Source of the DNA: Ascidiella aspersa
Taxonomy: Eukaryota
Reading direction: 5' to 3'
Assembly (NCBI GenBank): GCA_963924565.1
Contig: OZ004613.1
Span: 12,958,001 to 13,022,000, forward strand
DNA: 64,000 nucleotides
The first letter of the stretch is position 1; each line of letters starts with the position of its first letter. The translations under genes were made by a program, and so were the position numbers. A model generated the notes under the pieces. That model did no database searches, was not told the origin of the DNA, and saw only the letters and a list, made by a program, of their open reading frames with translations. Of the stretch, positions 24,101-37,000 are shown one piece after another.

Positions 24101-27100
24101 GGGTTTATTATCTTTGTCATAATTTAAATAGTCACGTGGAAACAACGCTAATAACCGCAAAGCACGATAGATCTAAGCACAACTTTTTTACGCTAAGTGA
24201 ACACTTTTGGAGTTAACTTGCTTTTCTATCCAAATCTTCGTGAAGCTACAGCCGCCTAAGGGTATATAAAGCTATTTTGCAAACAAACATTGGTTAAACA
24301 TTCTTGTTTTTAAAAAAAATCTGTTATTTTTGCTATTCAACAAAAAAATATTTATTATTAATGTTACTAGAAAAATTGCTGCGACCCGAATGAAAATATG
24401 AAAAAAATATTAAATTGTTATATATTCTAACAACATAAAGTAAAACACACATGTGTATGTTCATGTTTCATTGGAACATACAGCAAATTAGTGTGTTTTT
24501 TCCTTGGTATAGCAACGGTTCTGTGAGACACTGCTTAACTTGCGTTCTTCACGCTCTGGGAAAAAAGTCTGAAATTTTTTACCGCTATAGTTATTTACTT
24601 TGTTATGTTTACCTTTAAATGTCTATATGGTTCCCCATTTGTGTGATAACTGATATTTTTCTTTAGCTGGAATCACATCTCCGAAAAACTAATTAAATAT
24701 TTCTACCAAAATAGTGGTTAGGAGTCGAACCGCAATTGTAGGCGAAATTGATTTCTGGGGTAAGCAATCTATGTTGACTAGGTGTAACACTTTTGTTATT
24801 TTTTGGTGGACGAATGTACACCACAAAAAACACTTGTTTTTTGCAGTTGATTTTTCCATGTGCTATTGTGCGTCGAAACAGCTAATGGCAAAATAATATT
24901 TTCTGATCGACTTGTATAGTGCAACAAAAAATGTGTGAAAAAAACAGAGTGTCTATATACCTGCTGATGTATAGGATCGCTTGAATTGTGCAATAAACCA
25001 CATGGCACGTTTAGCAAGAGCGAAGTAAAAACACGCTACACTTGAGCCTTTATGCCGACTTCCAATTATAGGCGCGCGACAGACCGCGTCGCTAATTGTC
25101 AGCGCGTCCCGCGTTGGCCAGATGCCAGAGCTGGGGCATATCAGGGACCAGAGGGGTGCCCCGTAAAGCGGTAAAGCGAACGCGCCATTGTATTTCTCCA
25201 AAAGCACGCGCCAGTGCTCGCGAGCCAATTCGATTCCATACATGCCATTGTCTTTCTCGGCGGGCCGCCCGTCGCCTGTGAGGCCCGTTAGACAAACACC
25301 AGCCGTTCGCGAAGCGTGCGCCCGGGCCCGCAAGGCAGATGGACTCGAACGCACAGCTATAACGCTATTACGCCTTGCCCCGCGTATGTGGTGACGTTCC
25401 CCGTACCCCGGGCCTTGTTACTTGCGGTTAATGGGCCGCAGGAGCGCTGTATTTTTTCGCCGGTCTTTCGCATCGGCCAGACCCCCGTGTACGAAAAAAC
25501 GCGAAACTGTCCGATCGAATCGAACGCCGACTCGTGCTCGCGAACGTTTCCGAGCGTCTTCGCGTGAGCCTATGACGCGATAAGGGAAATATTTTTCTGG
25601 ACAGTTTTTAAAGTCAAATCCTCGCTAATGTTCTTTCAAAGAAAAATCTAGTCGTCGTCCTTCGAAACCTCGAAACACAAATACGTTCTATACATGTCAA
25701 TTATTTTTTTGGCTTTTTAAGAACTGGCGTTTTACAGTACAAGAGCTTTCAGAAAAAAACTAAAAAAAATGAAAAGTTATACTACTTTTATTTATGTTCA
25801 TAATTTCGAAATAAAAGAGATGTTTTCACACTGCTTTGAAACGTTTTCCAAATAGTCACTACATCCCGTTTTTAAAAGCCCTCTCTTTAATAAACATTTA
25901 TGCAAACATCACAATTAGCGTGATGGTCGTCTTGAGGCTAAATTTATTACAATCGACTAAATAATCTAAGATGCGGCCATGTAATCCAAAGTAGAAATAT
26001 TACATTTTGGTAGACCAGGGGCCATTTAACCAGTTGGCTAATTTTTTATAGGTTAAGCGAATGTAAACTACATCGTATATAGTGCATAGTTTAATTTTGT
26101 AATTTAATCATTGCGAAAATATTGTCGTCAACTGGCAATTATGCTCGCTGCCAATAGGATTGCTTATAGTCTTCAGTCCGGTTCAGTTTAGCTTTAAAAT
26201 ATTTAGATATGCTCGGTAATTTATTTTTGGCCGCTGCAATTGATGAGCCCTGAAAAACGTTATTCGTAAAAGAAAAAAAAAGAAAAAACGATAAAGATAT
26301 AATGGTGCAGAGTGTATACAACGGGTGGGAGAAGTTTTTGTTAAAAAAGTTTATTAAAAACTACTAAACTTGTGCATTATAACCTTATTTAAGAAATACT
26401 GAATGTAGATTTTGTCCAGTAATATTAATGAGCTCACTTTGAGTAGATTCTTGATGTTAAGTTTTTAAACCTTTTTGTAGAAAAGTTTTCTTTATTTATC
26501 AAATTTACCCTGATTTGTCGAACTTGCCACTAAACCGGACTGTAATGAGCGTTAGTTTTGTATCTGTAACATTACGTGTGTGTTTAAATCGCCAATCAAC
26601 AACATAAGAAACAAAATAGTTGTTGGTCCCAAACAACAAGAGTCGAGTTGGGCTATTTCACCAATTTATGTCAACATCTGTTAAGCCAGATAAAGAGCCA
26701 CAAAGCGTTCCTGATTGGGCACGCGTGCTGTATAGTTCGCTGTATTCAGTGTTCGCTGTATTCAGTGTAGTCGTCAACAAAGGACGTGAGTTTGATTCTA
26801 ACAAACGAAAGATTTTTAAGGGGTGTCGGACGACCATATTGCGATTAAATAAGTTCCCGCAGATTAACCAAGCTTTTGTAATAACCATCTTGCTTCATAT
26901 AGGGTAATTACATTTCAATTTTGCAAAAACTAAAAAAAAGCGTAAATCCTTTCGCGCCGCAGTGAAACCGGATGCCAACCCCCATTGGCATATTGTGTTT
27001 AACCGGCACAGCCCGCGAGGCAGCGTATTATGGGCGCGTGTTGTCGGAATGCAGTGTTCGGGCCCACATGTGCCCGGTGCGCTAATCTTGACGCTGGACT

Positions 27101-29679
27101 GCGTCGAACGCGTGCTGAATGCGCGGATTAGTTCAATTTGTCATCATCTGCTGTACGCTAATGCATATTGCGGCACACAAAGACGCCATTGTACTGGTTG
27201 GACAAGAAGATCTGCGCCGCGCCGCTGTATACTATTATAATGTGCACAATGTACAGCTTGGCGAGGTTCGCGTTGGTGCGGATTTAAATTGAAAAACAAC
27301 TGCGACTGATTGCTGTCTGTGCCGAGCGTTTTTTTTTCAGTTTATTTAACATCAACATCTTGTGCATTTTAATAATGATTGTTTTACTATAGGCGCCTCT
27401 ATTAAATCTGAAACAACCAATAAAAAAATTGAAAAATAAACAATATCATTAATATTTGAAAAAGGGTGTCTAAAAACATATTGTTAACTTCATTTTGTGA
27501 CGCACATAAACAAGTATAGCGAACGGTGTTAACGTTCAAAATTAGATGAAAAATAGTGAACAGGCTGATACAAGTTATTTGTTACATTTAGAGAAAAAAC
27601 ATTTTTGTTTGACCTTCAAATCATGCACTACATTGTATTTTCAAGGGCCACATGAACAGTATCCTTTCAGCATGTTACGTAAACGGGTATTTTAATGCCA
27701 TTTTAAAAGTCGTAAATAAAAACGAATTTTTTGGATTGAAAAAGCAACAAAAGTATATTGTGTCAAACTAATATGGATACTTGTTAAAAGGCAATTTATT
27801 TCATGTATTTGCTGTTATTTTATAAGACAAGTGTGGATAATATGTATTTATGAATTAAACTATATTGGTTTTGTGCACCATTTGAATAACAGATTTTTAT
27901 TCTTGTAGTGTATTACTTCACGTATTTTCACATAAAGTTAAAATACGTGAATAGTATATTAGCTTGCAGGTAATGACAAGGACAAATACTTAAGGCAGGT
28001 CCTAGAGTGTATAACAGCCTCAAATAGATAAGAATAATATATGTTTTAAAACCCCGACACCGACATGTGTTAGCGCACTCTATTGGTCGAAATTGAAAGA
28101 GTTTGTTTACCTGTCCGTGCCAATTAAGAAATTGATGAAGCGCGTTAAGGTAACATCCTTTGCTGAACTCCTGATTTTACCCCAAGACACTATTTCTAAC
28201 TTTAAAAATTCCCTACTTGGGTCAACCAATCATCCGTGTTTATTTTGCGTGCGGAATAATACAAATATTCTGACGTGTGTTCTATTTTCTTGTCAAATGC
28301 CGCAAAAAACAACGAATGTCTATATACAAGACTAAGAAAACGCGTGAGCCGTTATTTTGACCAAGAAGAGAAATTTTCAAACGAATTACGAATGCCTATA
28401 CAGAGACCTTTGATTAGCGGTAATTAATAAACAAAGATTAAACTCAGGCAGTTGACGAACATTTACTTTTGTGTATCGACATACTTCCTCTATTTAAAGC
28501 CGACAATTGCTCGCAGAGAAGTTAACATCACGCAAAGTCTGGGAACTTTCAAACTATTTACATTGATAATTTATATACCTTGCTCATAAAACGACACAAT
28601 TTACATATATTTTGCACGGTTCATCTTTGTGCACTCCGAAGAGTAATTGCTCGGGGAAAATACAACATATTCGTAGTTTTATACTTAACCACGGGCACAC
28701 GTTTTCCAAGGATAAACACGTCACAGGACACAAATAAAACAGGTGATAGGGAAACCGTATACCCTTTTTGTATACGGAAACCGTATAGCCTTTTTGCAGA
28801 AATACATACGTTCGATTCTATTTTACCGAACGAATAAACAGAATCATCTGTTAGAGCTTAAGTTGAACTTAATCTGGAAGCTTCTTAGTTTGTGTTCCTT
28901 TGTTGAATTGTACAGTAGCGTTGACGTACAGGGCGGACGAGAGAGCGCACCAGAGCGAGGTCGGCCCACTCGCGACGTCACATGCACTTTGCCATATGGC
29001 GGCGTTTGGCCGACCGCTCGTGAAACATATGCCCGCCTTGTTTCGGGCGATAGGGCCGCCGCCGCGATTCCCATCACATGTACGAGTGTCGTGTGGACGC
29101 TGGCCGAGCCCTTGAAATCGCCACGATTTCTCTGCGCGATCTTTCCCGGTTAATTGCTTTTTTGGTCGTGCTACTTCTCTTTTCTCGACGCGCTGTTGTT
29201 TTCGGGCAACCTGTGAAATCGCGAAACGCGGCCAATCGGTTATGTGTGTGCCCTTTAACGTCAACGTATCCCCCAATTTAACGCTCACCTATACACGGCC
29301 GTTCTCACATCGACTACTTCAATAGGCTTCGCGGGCTCGTTCGTCCATTCCCACCAATGCAACAGGTTGATGAGTAAGTGGTCAAGCGTAAGGACTGGGC
29401 GGGCATTTTTATCTGGTTTGTTTCTCAAACCTCGGTCGAACGTAACGCTTTAAGAAATTTGGCTCCAACTGAGCTACATCGAATACTGTTTGGTCTGGTT
29501 TTGTGTTTTACAGAGGCCAGAAAGAGGCGTGTATTGTTTAATAAGGATCAGGGTATATCTGTTCATGTCCAGTCTAAAATTTGGTGTAAACCCGCAGCAG
29601 ATGCACTCTGTTCAACCTAAAAAGCATTACTTATGTCTCTATTTGGACTGAATTCAAATGCAAAAGTACCAAGGTAACC

Positions 29680-30424
29680 GCAACAAATGCGATCGATCTG
29701 TTGCGATAATAACAAAACCCGTCCAATAATGTTTTCTTCCCCGCGTTCTGTGTTGGCGCGCTGCCGCATCCCAACCACACACTTGGCCGAGTGCTGGGCT
29801 CGCCGCGATTTAAACTCGAGGCAAATAAATTTCCTCGCGAAGCGTCTAATCCGATACGAAGGGCGCCGCAGTTGTGGGAGTCTAATGCAACCCGGTTGCA
29901 AATGGCCAGGCTGCGCCGGGAGGGCGGACCAAGGCACCGACCATTTGTGTATTGGACGTTGTCGCCTCCACGGTCGGATTTTGACTCTAGGCGGAATATG
30001 AGCGACTTGCTTGCATTCCGGTCGTTGCTAAAAAACAAAGCAATGAGCGCAAAAAGCTAAGACACTCCCCCCTCTAAACCATGATCCGTGCATTGTGTAT
30101 ATGCGTCTTCACGCAGCGCCGATAAAATAAGGGGGAAAGCAAGCGAAACCCTCTCGTCGGTCGTTTGGCAAGCGAGCCAAGGGTTAGACGGAGAGAGAGA
30201 TAAAGAGGGCGGAGAGGGAGAAATAGGGCTGCGGTCTTAGTTGCTGGGAACAAGAGCGAGCGAGCGGGCAAAAAAGGCAACAGATGCCGGGCTCCACTTC
30301 AACCGCTCGCGTGTCATCGACAGAGGCAGTCAGATCAAGAGCGGGGCGGTAAGCCGGCTGATGACTGGTTGCTTGTTGGTAGCTTAGAGTGCAACGGCAG
30401 TTGTTTGTGTGTGACCGACGCGAG
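29680..30424 (+). promoter_or_regulatory. Probable Onecut promoter / 5' region (CpG-rich, GA-rich tract)
   Basis: GC/CpG-rich non-coding block directly upstream of Onecut, with a purine tract GAGAGAGAGATAAAGAGGGCGGAGAGGGAG at ~30190-30220. It is followed by an AT-rich, intron-like stretch. Confidence 0.5.
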
Positions 30425-31035
30425 ATGGTAGACAGGTTCCTGTGATGTTTTGTGTATTGCGCTTTTCATTCACTTTGTTCTGCGATATCGAACCGAATAA
30501 ATAATAGTAAGGCGTTTTTATAGCGGGAAATTTATTCAGATCGCATATGTACTTGTTTGGAGTCGGATTATATTTTGGTGGTTTTGCTGCGATTTGTGTT
30601 TTATAAATATTTTGACACGGCTTATAATTTTGAGACATTTTAACTTTATTTTATGTGTTAATGGTAATTGCCATGAATGATTTTTTTAATTAACTAGCAA
30701 CTCTGTAGTGCACCTGTAAAAATAGTTATAAGGACCAAAAGTTTATCGAATCCTTTGTTCTAACGATAACTCCAGCAAAAAATATAGATTAATCATTTGT
30801 GCTTGTCTTTGACTATTATTCATTAATATAATGTAATGTAGAAATTATTTTTTTAGATTATAAATTTTTCGCAAAAAACATATTTTCCAAGTATGTGATA
30901 GATCATGACGCCTTTCTTAATAAAATATTTGAAATTTTTGTAGAAAAATACAGCCAAGTTTTACAGTTTTACACACTCGTTTTACTTTCCCGCGGTAGCA
31001 ACCGAAAAGTCGCGTTACCAAAAGTAGCCGCGTTT

Positions 31036-34000
31036 ATGCCAATACATCACTTCGGGTCGCTCCCACTACCCTGGATCGTTCCGTCAAACGGCAGCGCAAG
31101 CTTCGCCTCTCAACCACAGCAGCAGCAGCAGCAGCAACAACAACAGCAACAGCCACAGCAGCAGCAGCAGCAGCAGCAACAATATCAGCAGCATCAGCAA
31201 CCAGGTCCCGGATCGGCAATAGCGAGCCAGGTAGATCGCGGGCATCAGTTCACCTCGATGGCGACCACGGCGTCGGGCGAATTTAACGGATTCAGCTACC
31301 TGCACCACCATCACCACCATCACAGCTCGGACCAGTTCTACCGCCACGAGCACTACCACCACCACTTCCACCACCCGACCTACGATAGCGCTTACCCGGC
31401 CATCGGCTACTCGGAGCGCAACGGCTCGGCCTCACCCACAGACCTCCAGCAGCAGCAGCACCTGTTCCCCGGCCAGAAGGAGTGCGGAAGCGGCAGCGGC
31501 GCCGCCTCTGACAAGGACAAGGCGAGCAATGAGAAGCGCGGACAATCGCCCAATTACCTCCCGCCGGCCAACGCCCTGCTGAGGCGCGAGCATCATACCG
31601 CCTCTGCCGAGCTTAAGAAGTCAGCCGACGACTCGGGCTCACACAACGACGACACTTGCGCGGGCAAGTACAGCAGCTTGCAGGAGGACTCCAAGGCGAA
31701 CGACCTCGCCAACCTGGTGGACCTCTCCTCCAGCACCGTCACCTCCGTAGGAGGTGGAGAATCGGGTGGAGCCAAAGACGCCGACAAGAAGCACGAGAGC
31801 AAGTCGGAGGCGCCCGAGGACTACTCGGTGAAGACCGAGAGCGAGCACGCCGAGATGATGTATCCGTTCACGTCGCGCACCAACTTCAACCTCTTCTCGA
31901 CCGTTCACCGCGGATCGCCGGGCGACGAAATCGGAAACTTGCTGCCGGTGGACAGCTCGAGCTCGGTGGATGCGTTCTTTCGCTCAGATGCACCGAACGC
32001 GATCACGTCCGCTCAGCCAGTGGACAGCGCATCGGGGCATGGACCTCCGGGCAGCGACGTTCTTAGCTACGCGACGCTTACCCCGCTTCAGACCTTGCCC
32101 CCGATCGCAACCGTGTCCACCGAGAAGTACATTTCCGGAAGCAGTAGTAGCAGCGGCGGCGGTGCCAACAATAACAACGGCTATGTGGGCCTGGCACAAC
32201 AGGAGAAGCCTGATCAGTCCTACTCAAAGATGGGCGGCATGGGCCACAGCCTGCCCCCGCTTTCAAACCACATGCTGCTCAACGGCTTGGCGCAGTCCCG
32301 CTCCGGCATACAGACGCAGCAGGCATTGGATGCCGTCAATCAGGTGGCCGTTGTGGCCGCCGGCTTGCAGCACTACAACAAAGTCCTCCCCTCAAACATC
32401 ATCCCACCACCGCCCCAGGCGCCAAACCCTTACGAGTCGCACATGTTCAACAGGATAGATCAGTGTCCCGATGTGTCATCCGCCTTCCAGGGAGGACCCG
32501 TCTTTCCGCCGCGCCCGGGTGCCTTCGCGCATCAGTACCCGAACGCGATCCACGACTTCGCGTCCTCTGTGTCAGTTGGCTCTCCACCAGAACGAAGGAA
32601 CTTGCGCCCGTCCTCCGGTGAGTGCTCTCTTGCTCCTCCTAAAAGCCGCAATTCGGCCGCATCCAGATCTCCTGGAGGAAACAACGTAGGAGGAGGCTCT
32701 AGCAGAGGTCAGCAGATCGAGGAAGTCAATACCAAGGAGGTGGCGTCGAAGATCACCCAGGAGCTGAAGCGCTACAGCATTCCGCAGGCCATCTTTGCTC
32801 AGCGCGTGCTCTGCCGGAGCCAGGGTACCCTTTCGGATCTCCTTCGTAACCCGAAGCCCTGGTCCAAGCTGAAGAGCGGACGCGAGACCTTTCGGAGGAT
32901 GTGGAAATGGCTGCAGGAGCCTGAGTTTCAGAGGATGTCGTCTCTTCGCTTGGCCGGTAAGAGAAACCACTGTTTTATTTTGGTTTTGTTTGCTTTGGCT
33001 TGTCAATACTTACGTTGTGGCAATAACAAGCTGATTGCAAGGAAACAGAAAATGGGCTTTACTTTTACAAACGTTTTTTTTTTCAAGTATAGTATCCATA
33101 TTTAGGCAAACTCGCTAATTTTATAAATGTATTAAAGATTTCAAAGTGTTTAAGATAAAACTATGAAGTTGATTGCAAGGGGTTTCAACTAATAGTTGAA
33201 GTGGTGAAAAAATAAAAAAATAAACAGACAAACAAGCAAACGTTTAAACAGTCAATGGTCTCTTGTTACAAGGGTCAAACAGCAATCGTTGTGCACCTTC
33301 ACATATCGCATAACCGTAAAATCGATGGATTGTACTACGCAGTTCGCCTTAATTCAAAGTCGGTCCCATCGATTGCCGCTAAACGACGAGCAACATCGCT
33401 TTGAAATTGTCGAAATGCCGCCGCCATCGACCGCATAACGGAGTACGAGGTTGCCGATTTGCGCAAAGCGTGTCTAATATGCTTGTTTGACCAAACAGTT
33501 TGCGAACAGTCGATATTAAGACACCCAACGAACGATAATCGATCATGTCTGCCCCCGAACACTGTTTTGCCGGTCGACGACGGGAAATGCGCCGACCAAA
33601 ATTACGCGAAATGCTGATTTTAAATTCGCACCCTAAAAAAGCGGAATTAAAGCAATGACAGTGTCGCTATTTTGAGCAGTTCGCCCTCGATGCCATCGGC
33701 AATTTCCAGTTAAGTGAATTCAAATTATAAAATATCGATTTCGTTCGGACTACAGATTTTGTTCATTGGTCGTCGGTATTTTTATTACGTTTTTTCTATA
33801 GCGCGGTAGGCATCTGCTTTTCGCTGTAGCGGTATACAACCGAACGTTGCACACATCACATATATCCGCACGTTGACAGATCGACGGCGGCCATTTTGAA
33901 AATTAAAAGAAAACCCGAAGCGACGAGGCACAGCTTGGCGCGTTCGGATTTGCATTTGCACGCCGCGTTGTAATTACGCCAGATGGGCAATCTGGACCAA

Positions 34001-37000
34001 CGGCGCTGACCCGTGGCCGCGCTGATTGGGTCCTTTTCCGATGGCCGAGACCGAACTGGGCGCGTGTTCATTACTAATGACTCGCAGCGGGGAATTGGCC
34101 CGAACCACTCGGCCCATTTGGCCGGCCGTGGTGTGCATGCAGCTATCTCTCCTGGGTATTGTGAAGCACGCGCCTTAATGAACCTTCGTCGCGGATACAA
34201 AGGCACGCGCGGCTGAATGCTGGACGCTAAACACCTTCTTTGTAGCGGCAAAGCGAAACAAAGGGGCACATGTGTTCAATGCCCCCCTATTGAGATCGCT
34301 GGGACGCACATGCATCTCATGCATCTGCTGTGTAAAGGGCTTTTCGTGTGAAGCCAAAGCCGCGGTCAGTGAACGGGATTAAAAAAGCACGACGCCCTTA
34401 TTTAGGTCTGATATAAACTGTGCTCGAGCCTGGTAAAGAAATATTAGCCACTCGCTTTTTTGGCAGCACTTTAAACAATTGTGTACTGCCTGAATCGAAG
34501 TTAAGAAGGTTCTGATATTTTGCAAAATTATCAAGAATCTTATCGCAATAACCTACTGCCCGAAATATAGATGAAGAAAGTTCCAATGTTTTGCAAAATT
34601 ACCAAGCAATACTGCCCAATGATCTTTATTCTTTGCATGGTAATTTTGTCAAAATAAAAAGGAAAGTTGTGCAAGTGCTATACGTACGATTCTTCGGGAC
34701 TATTTTTTTTAAACCTCGTACTAATTGGTAAAGCGACTTAAAATGTTTCTGTTTACTTATGCCTGGCATGGATTTCTTTTGATAATAATTGTTTTATTAA
34801 ACACACAGGCGCGAAAGTTGCTTATTTTCGTTTACAAAATATTTTTTATTCTTGCTCTTATAGCAATGCTGATTGAAAAGTTAAGGCGATTCTGCGCATG
34901 TATTGCCGAAACCTGTTTCACAAATCAATCGATAAGTGACAATGCCCTGCGGAAATGAAGTCTTTTGCATTGCCAAAAAGTTGTCCGCGATTTTGGGGCC
35001 AGCGGTATACGATGCGTGCTTCTCCGTTTGAAACCTAAAACACACAGCGGGCAACAATGTATTTTTGTTGTTTGCATATGTACGTGGGCACGGAAAGGTT
35101 TCGCTAGGTCGTCGGTACCCATTTGGCCGCGTATCGATTTTCCTGATGGAAACCTTTCACAATTTTCGGTTACGTCATAGAGTGTAGGCTAACCTGCTGC
35201 GGTCGACAAAAATACGGGCAGCGCTTCGCTCTTCACGACTGGCCGTTTCCTATTTGACGTCATCTACCTGTAACTCGGGTTGTCCTAAAAACGTAGCTTT
35301 ACACCGATTTGCAACCTTTTTAAGAATTACCACAGATAAACCAAAATGTGATTTTTCTGTTTTTTCCGTTAATGATTTTAAATAATAGTTTCAAATTTGA
35401 CAGCTTGACAAAACCTTTTGAAACCCTACTCTCTGTTGCCTACTCTTCATTCTTTTTTATCACGGTCGTCCATATGCTAAACGGAGGCTGCTCGCTTTTC
35501 ATTATGGTGTTTACATTTCATATCACGTATTAAACGAGCCCCAGCGCTAGCCAGGTGCAAGTGTGTATGACAGTGTTTGTTTGCACTAGTCCGTTTTCTC
35601 CTCATTTAATATGAATTGCGCAAGAATACTACTTGATTTTCCTTGAATCCTATAACTTAACATTTACCTATATAAGTATTTACGTTTTACGATGTAACTT
35701 TAGTAAAAAATCTTGCTGGAAATAGTTTTCAAATTGCTTACAACAATAATGTATAACAAACACTCCAGACCCGCTTTGGAGCCTTAAATGTTGTATCAAA
35801 ACTTACGTTATATTTAAGGATATTTTTTGTTCATCGCTAAATTTTAGAGTTACTTTTATTGTTGTGTCACGTACTCATAATTGGGGTTTCTTGTGAAAAA
35901 ACGTTTTGCTGAACGTAATTTTTAACGTTAAACTATTTTTTGAAAATGTTTCCTATTTAAACGATTTGTATGTAAGATATATAACTATACAACTGAAAAC
36001 CGGAATTAGCACGAGTGCATATCCGTCAATAAGTAAACGATACTCAATAAAAACCCGAGCTGAGTAAACCCCGTTTTTAAACTGCTATTGCAATTTTTCT
36101 TTCGGTATATAAACTAAAATCAAATAAAGCATAATCCCAAACTTTCCGCATTATTTCAAACAAGACGTGCAAAAAAGCAGTCAAACAGTTTATTTTTATT
36201 TTCTTTGTTAAATGTAACGGGCCGCAAAACATTTCAGGAAATTAAAGCATTTTAGGATAGTTGATAAACGCATCATAGGATCCATTATACATAGTTTCTA
36301 CTTAGATGTTATAAAGATTGGCTAATTTTTAGACTTCATTGAATTATTGACATTAGCAATCCAAAGTGAATAATTCGATCGGCAGTATAGATGACCGAAA
36401 TATTTCAGAGAGCGGGCCTGGCGAAAAAGTGTTGTCCTCCGTCACAATTAACGAAGCAGCAGCAGCATCAAAAACAGCAGCCTGCTGCGGGTTTATTCGC
36501 GTTCGTGCCGTCAAGTTCACTCAGGCTTGCGTCCGTTATCTGACCGACGGTCACTCGCCGTCCACCCACCGTCCGGTGCCTTGTTGGTCCAGCGGACAGT
36601 AGGGCGGCCAATTCTCGAAAGTAATTCCGCGCGGCCGTACTAAGTACCCGGGCGCGCGCCGATCTCTCCTGGGAAGCCAGGCAGCGGCGAGCAAAATCGA
36701 TAAATGCACCAGCGCAATGTTCATTTCCAGTTTTATTTTTTCCGTCGTCCTTCTATAGCGCATTGCATGTCGCTCGCCGACGATCTCAGCATCAACTCCT
36801 CTTGCGCTTGTTCGCGATTTCTCTCCGGCGCTCCTACCAGTCCACCCACTCTCTCACTCGCTCTTGCTCCTCCAATGAGTAGCGGAGGCGACTGGACCGC
36901 GTTGTAATAAGTTACGGGCGCGGCGGCGAAAATAATGAAAGTACACCGCTGCCTTTGCACGACAGATGGAATGGCCATCCCCCGGCGCTCCTTCGAGGAG

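Noticed and set aside
30895-31035. N-terminal 47 aa of the 736-aa ORF, and its tail after 32956
   Set aside because: The GTG start lies in AT-rich, intron-like sequence. The tail is read-through past the G|gtaag donor.
31034-33006. Antisense and alternate-frame ORFs over Onecut (poly-Leu, poly-Ala)
   Set aside because: Shadows of the GC3-rich codons and CAG repeats.
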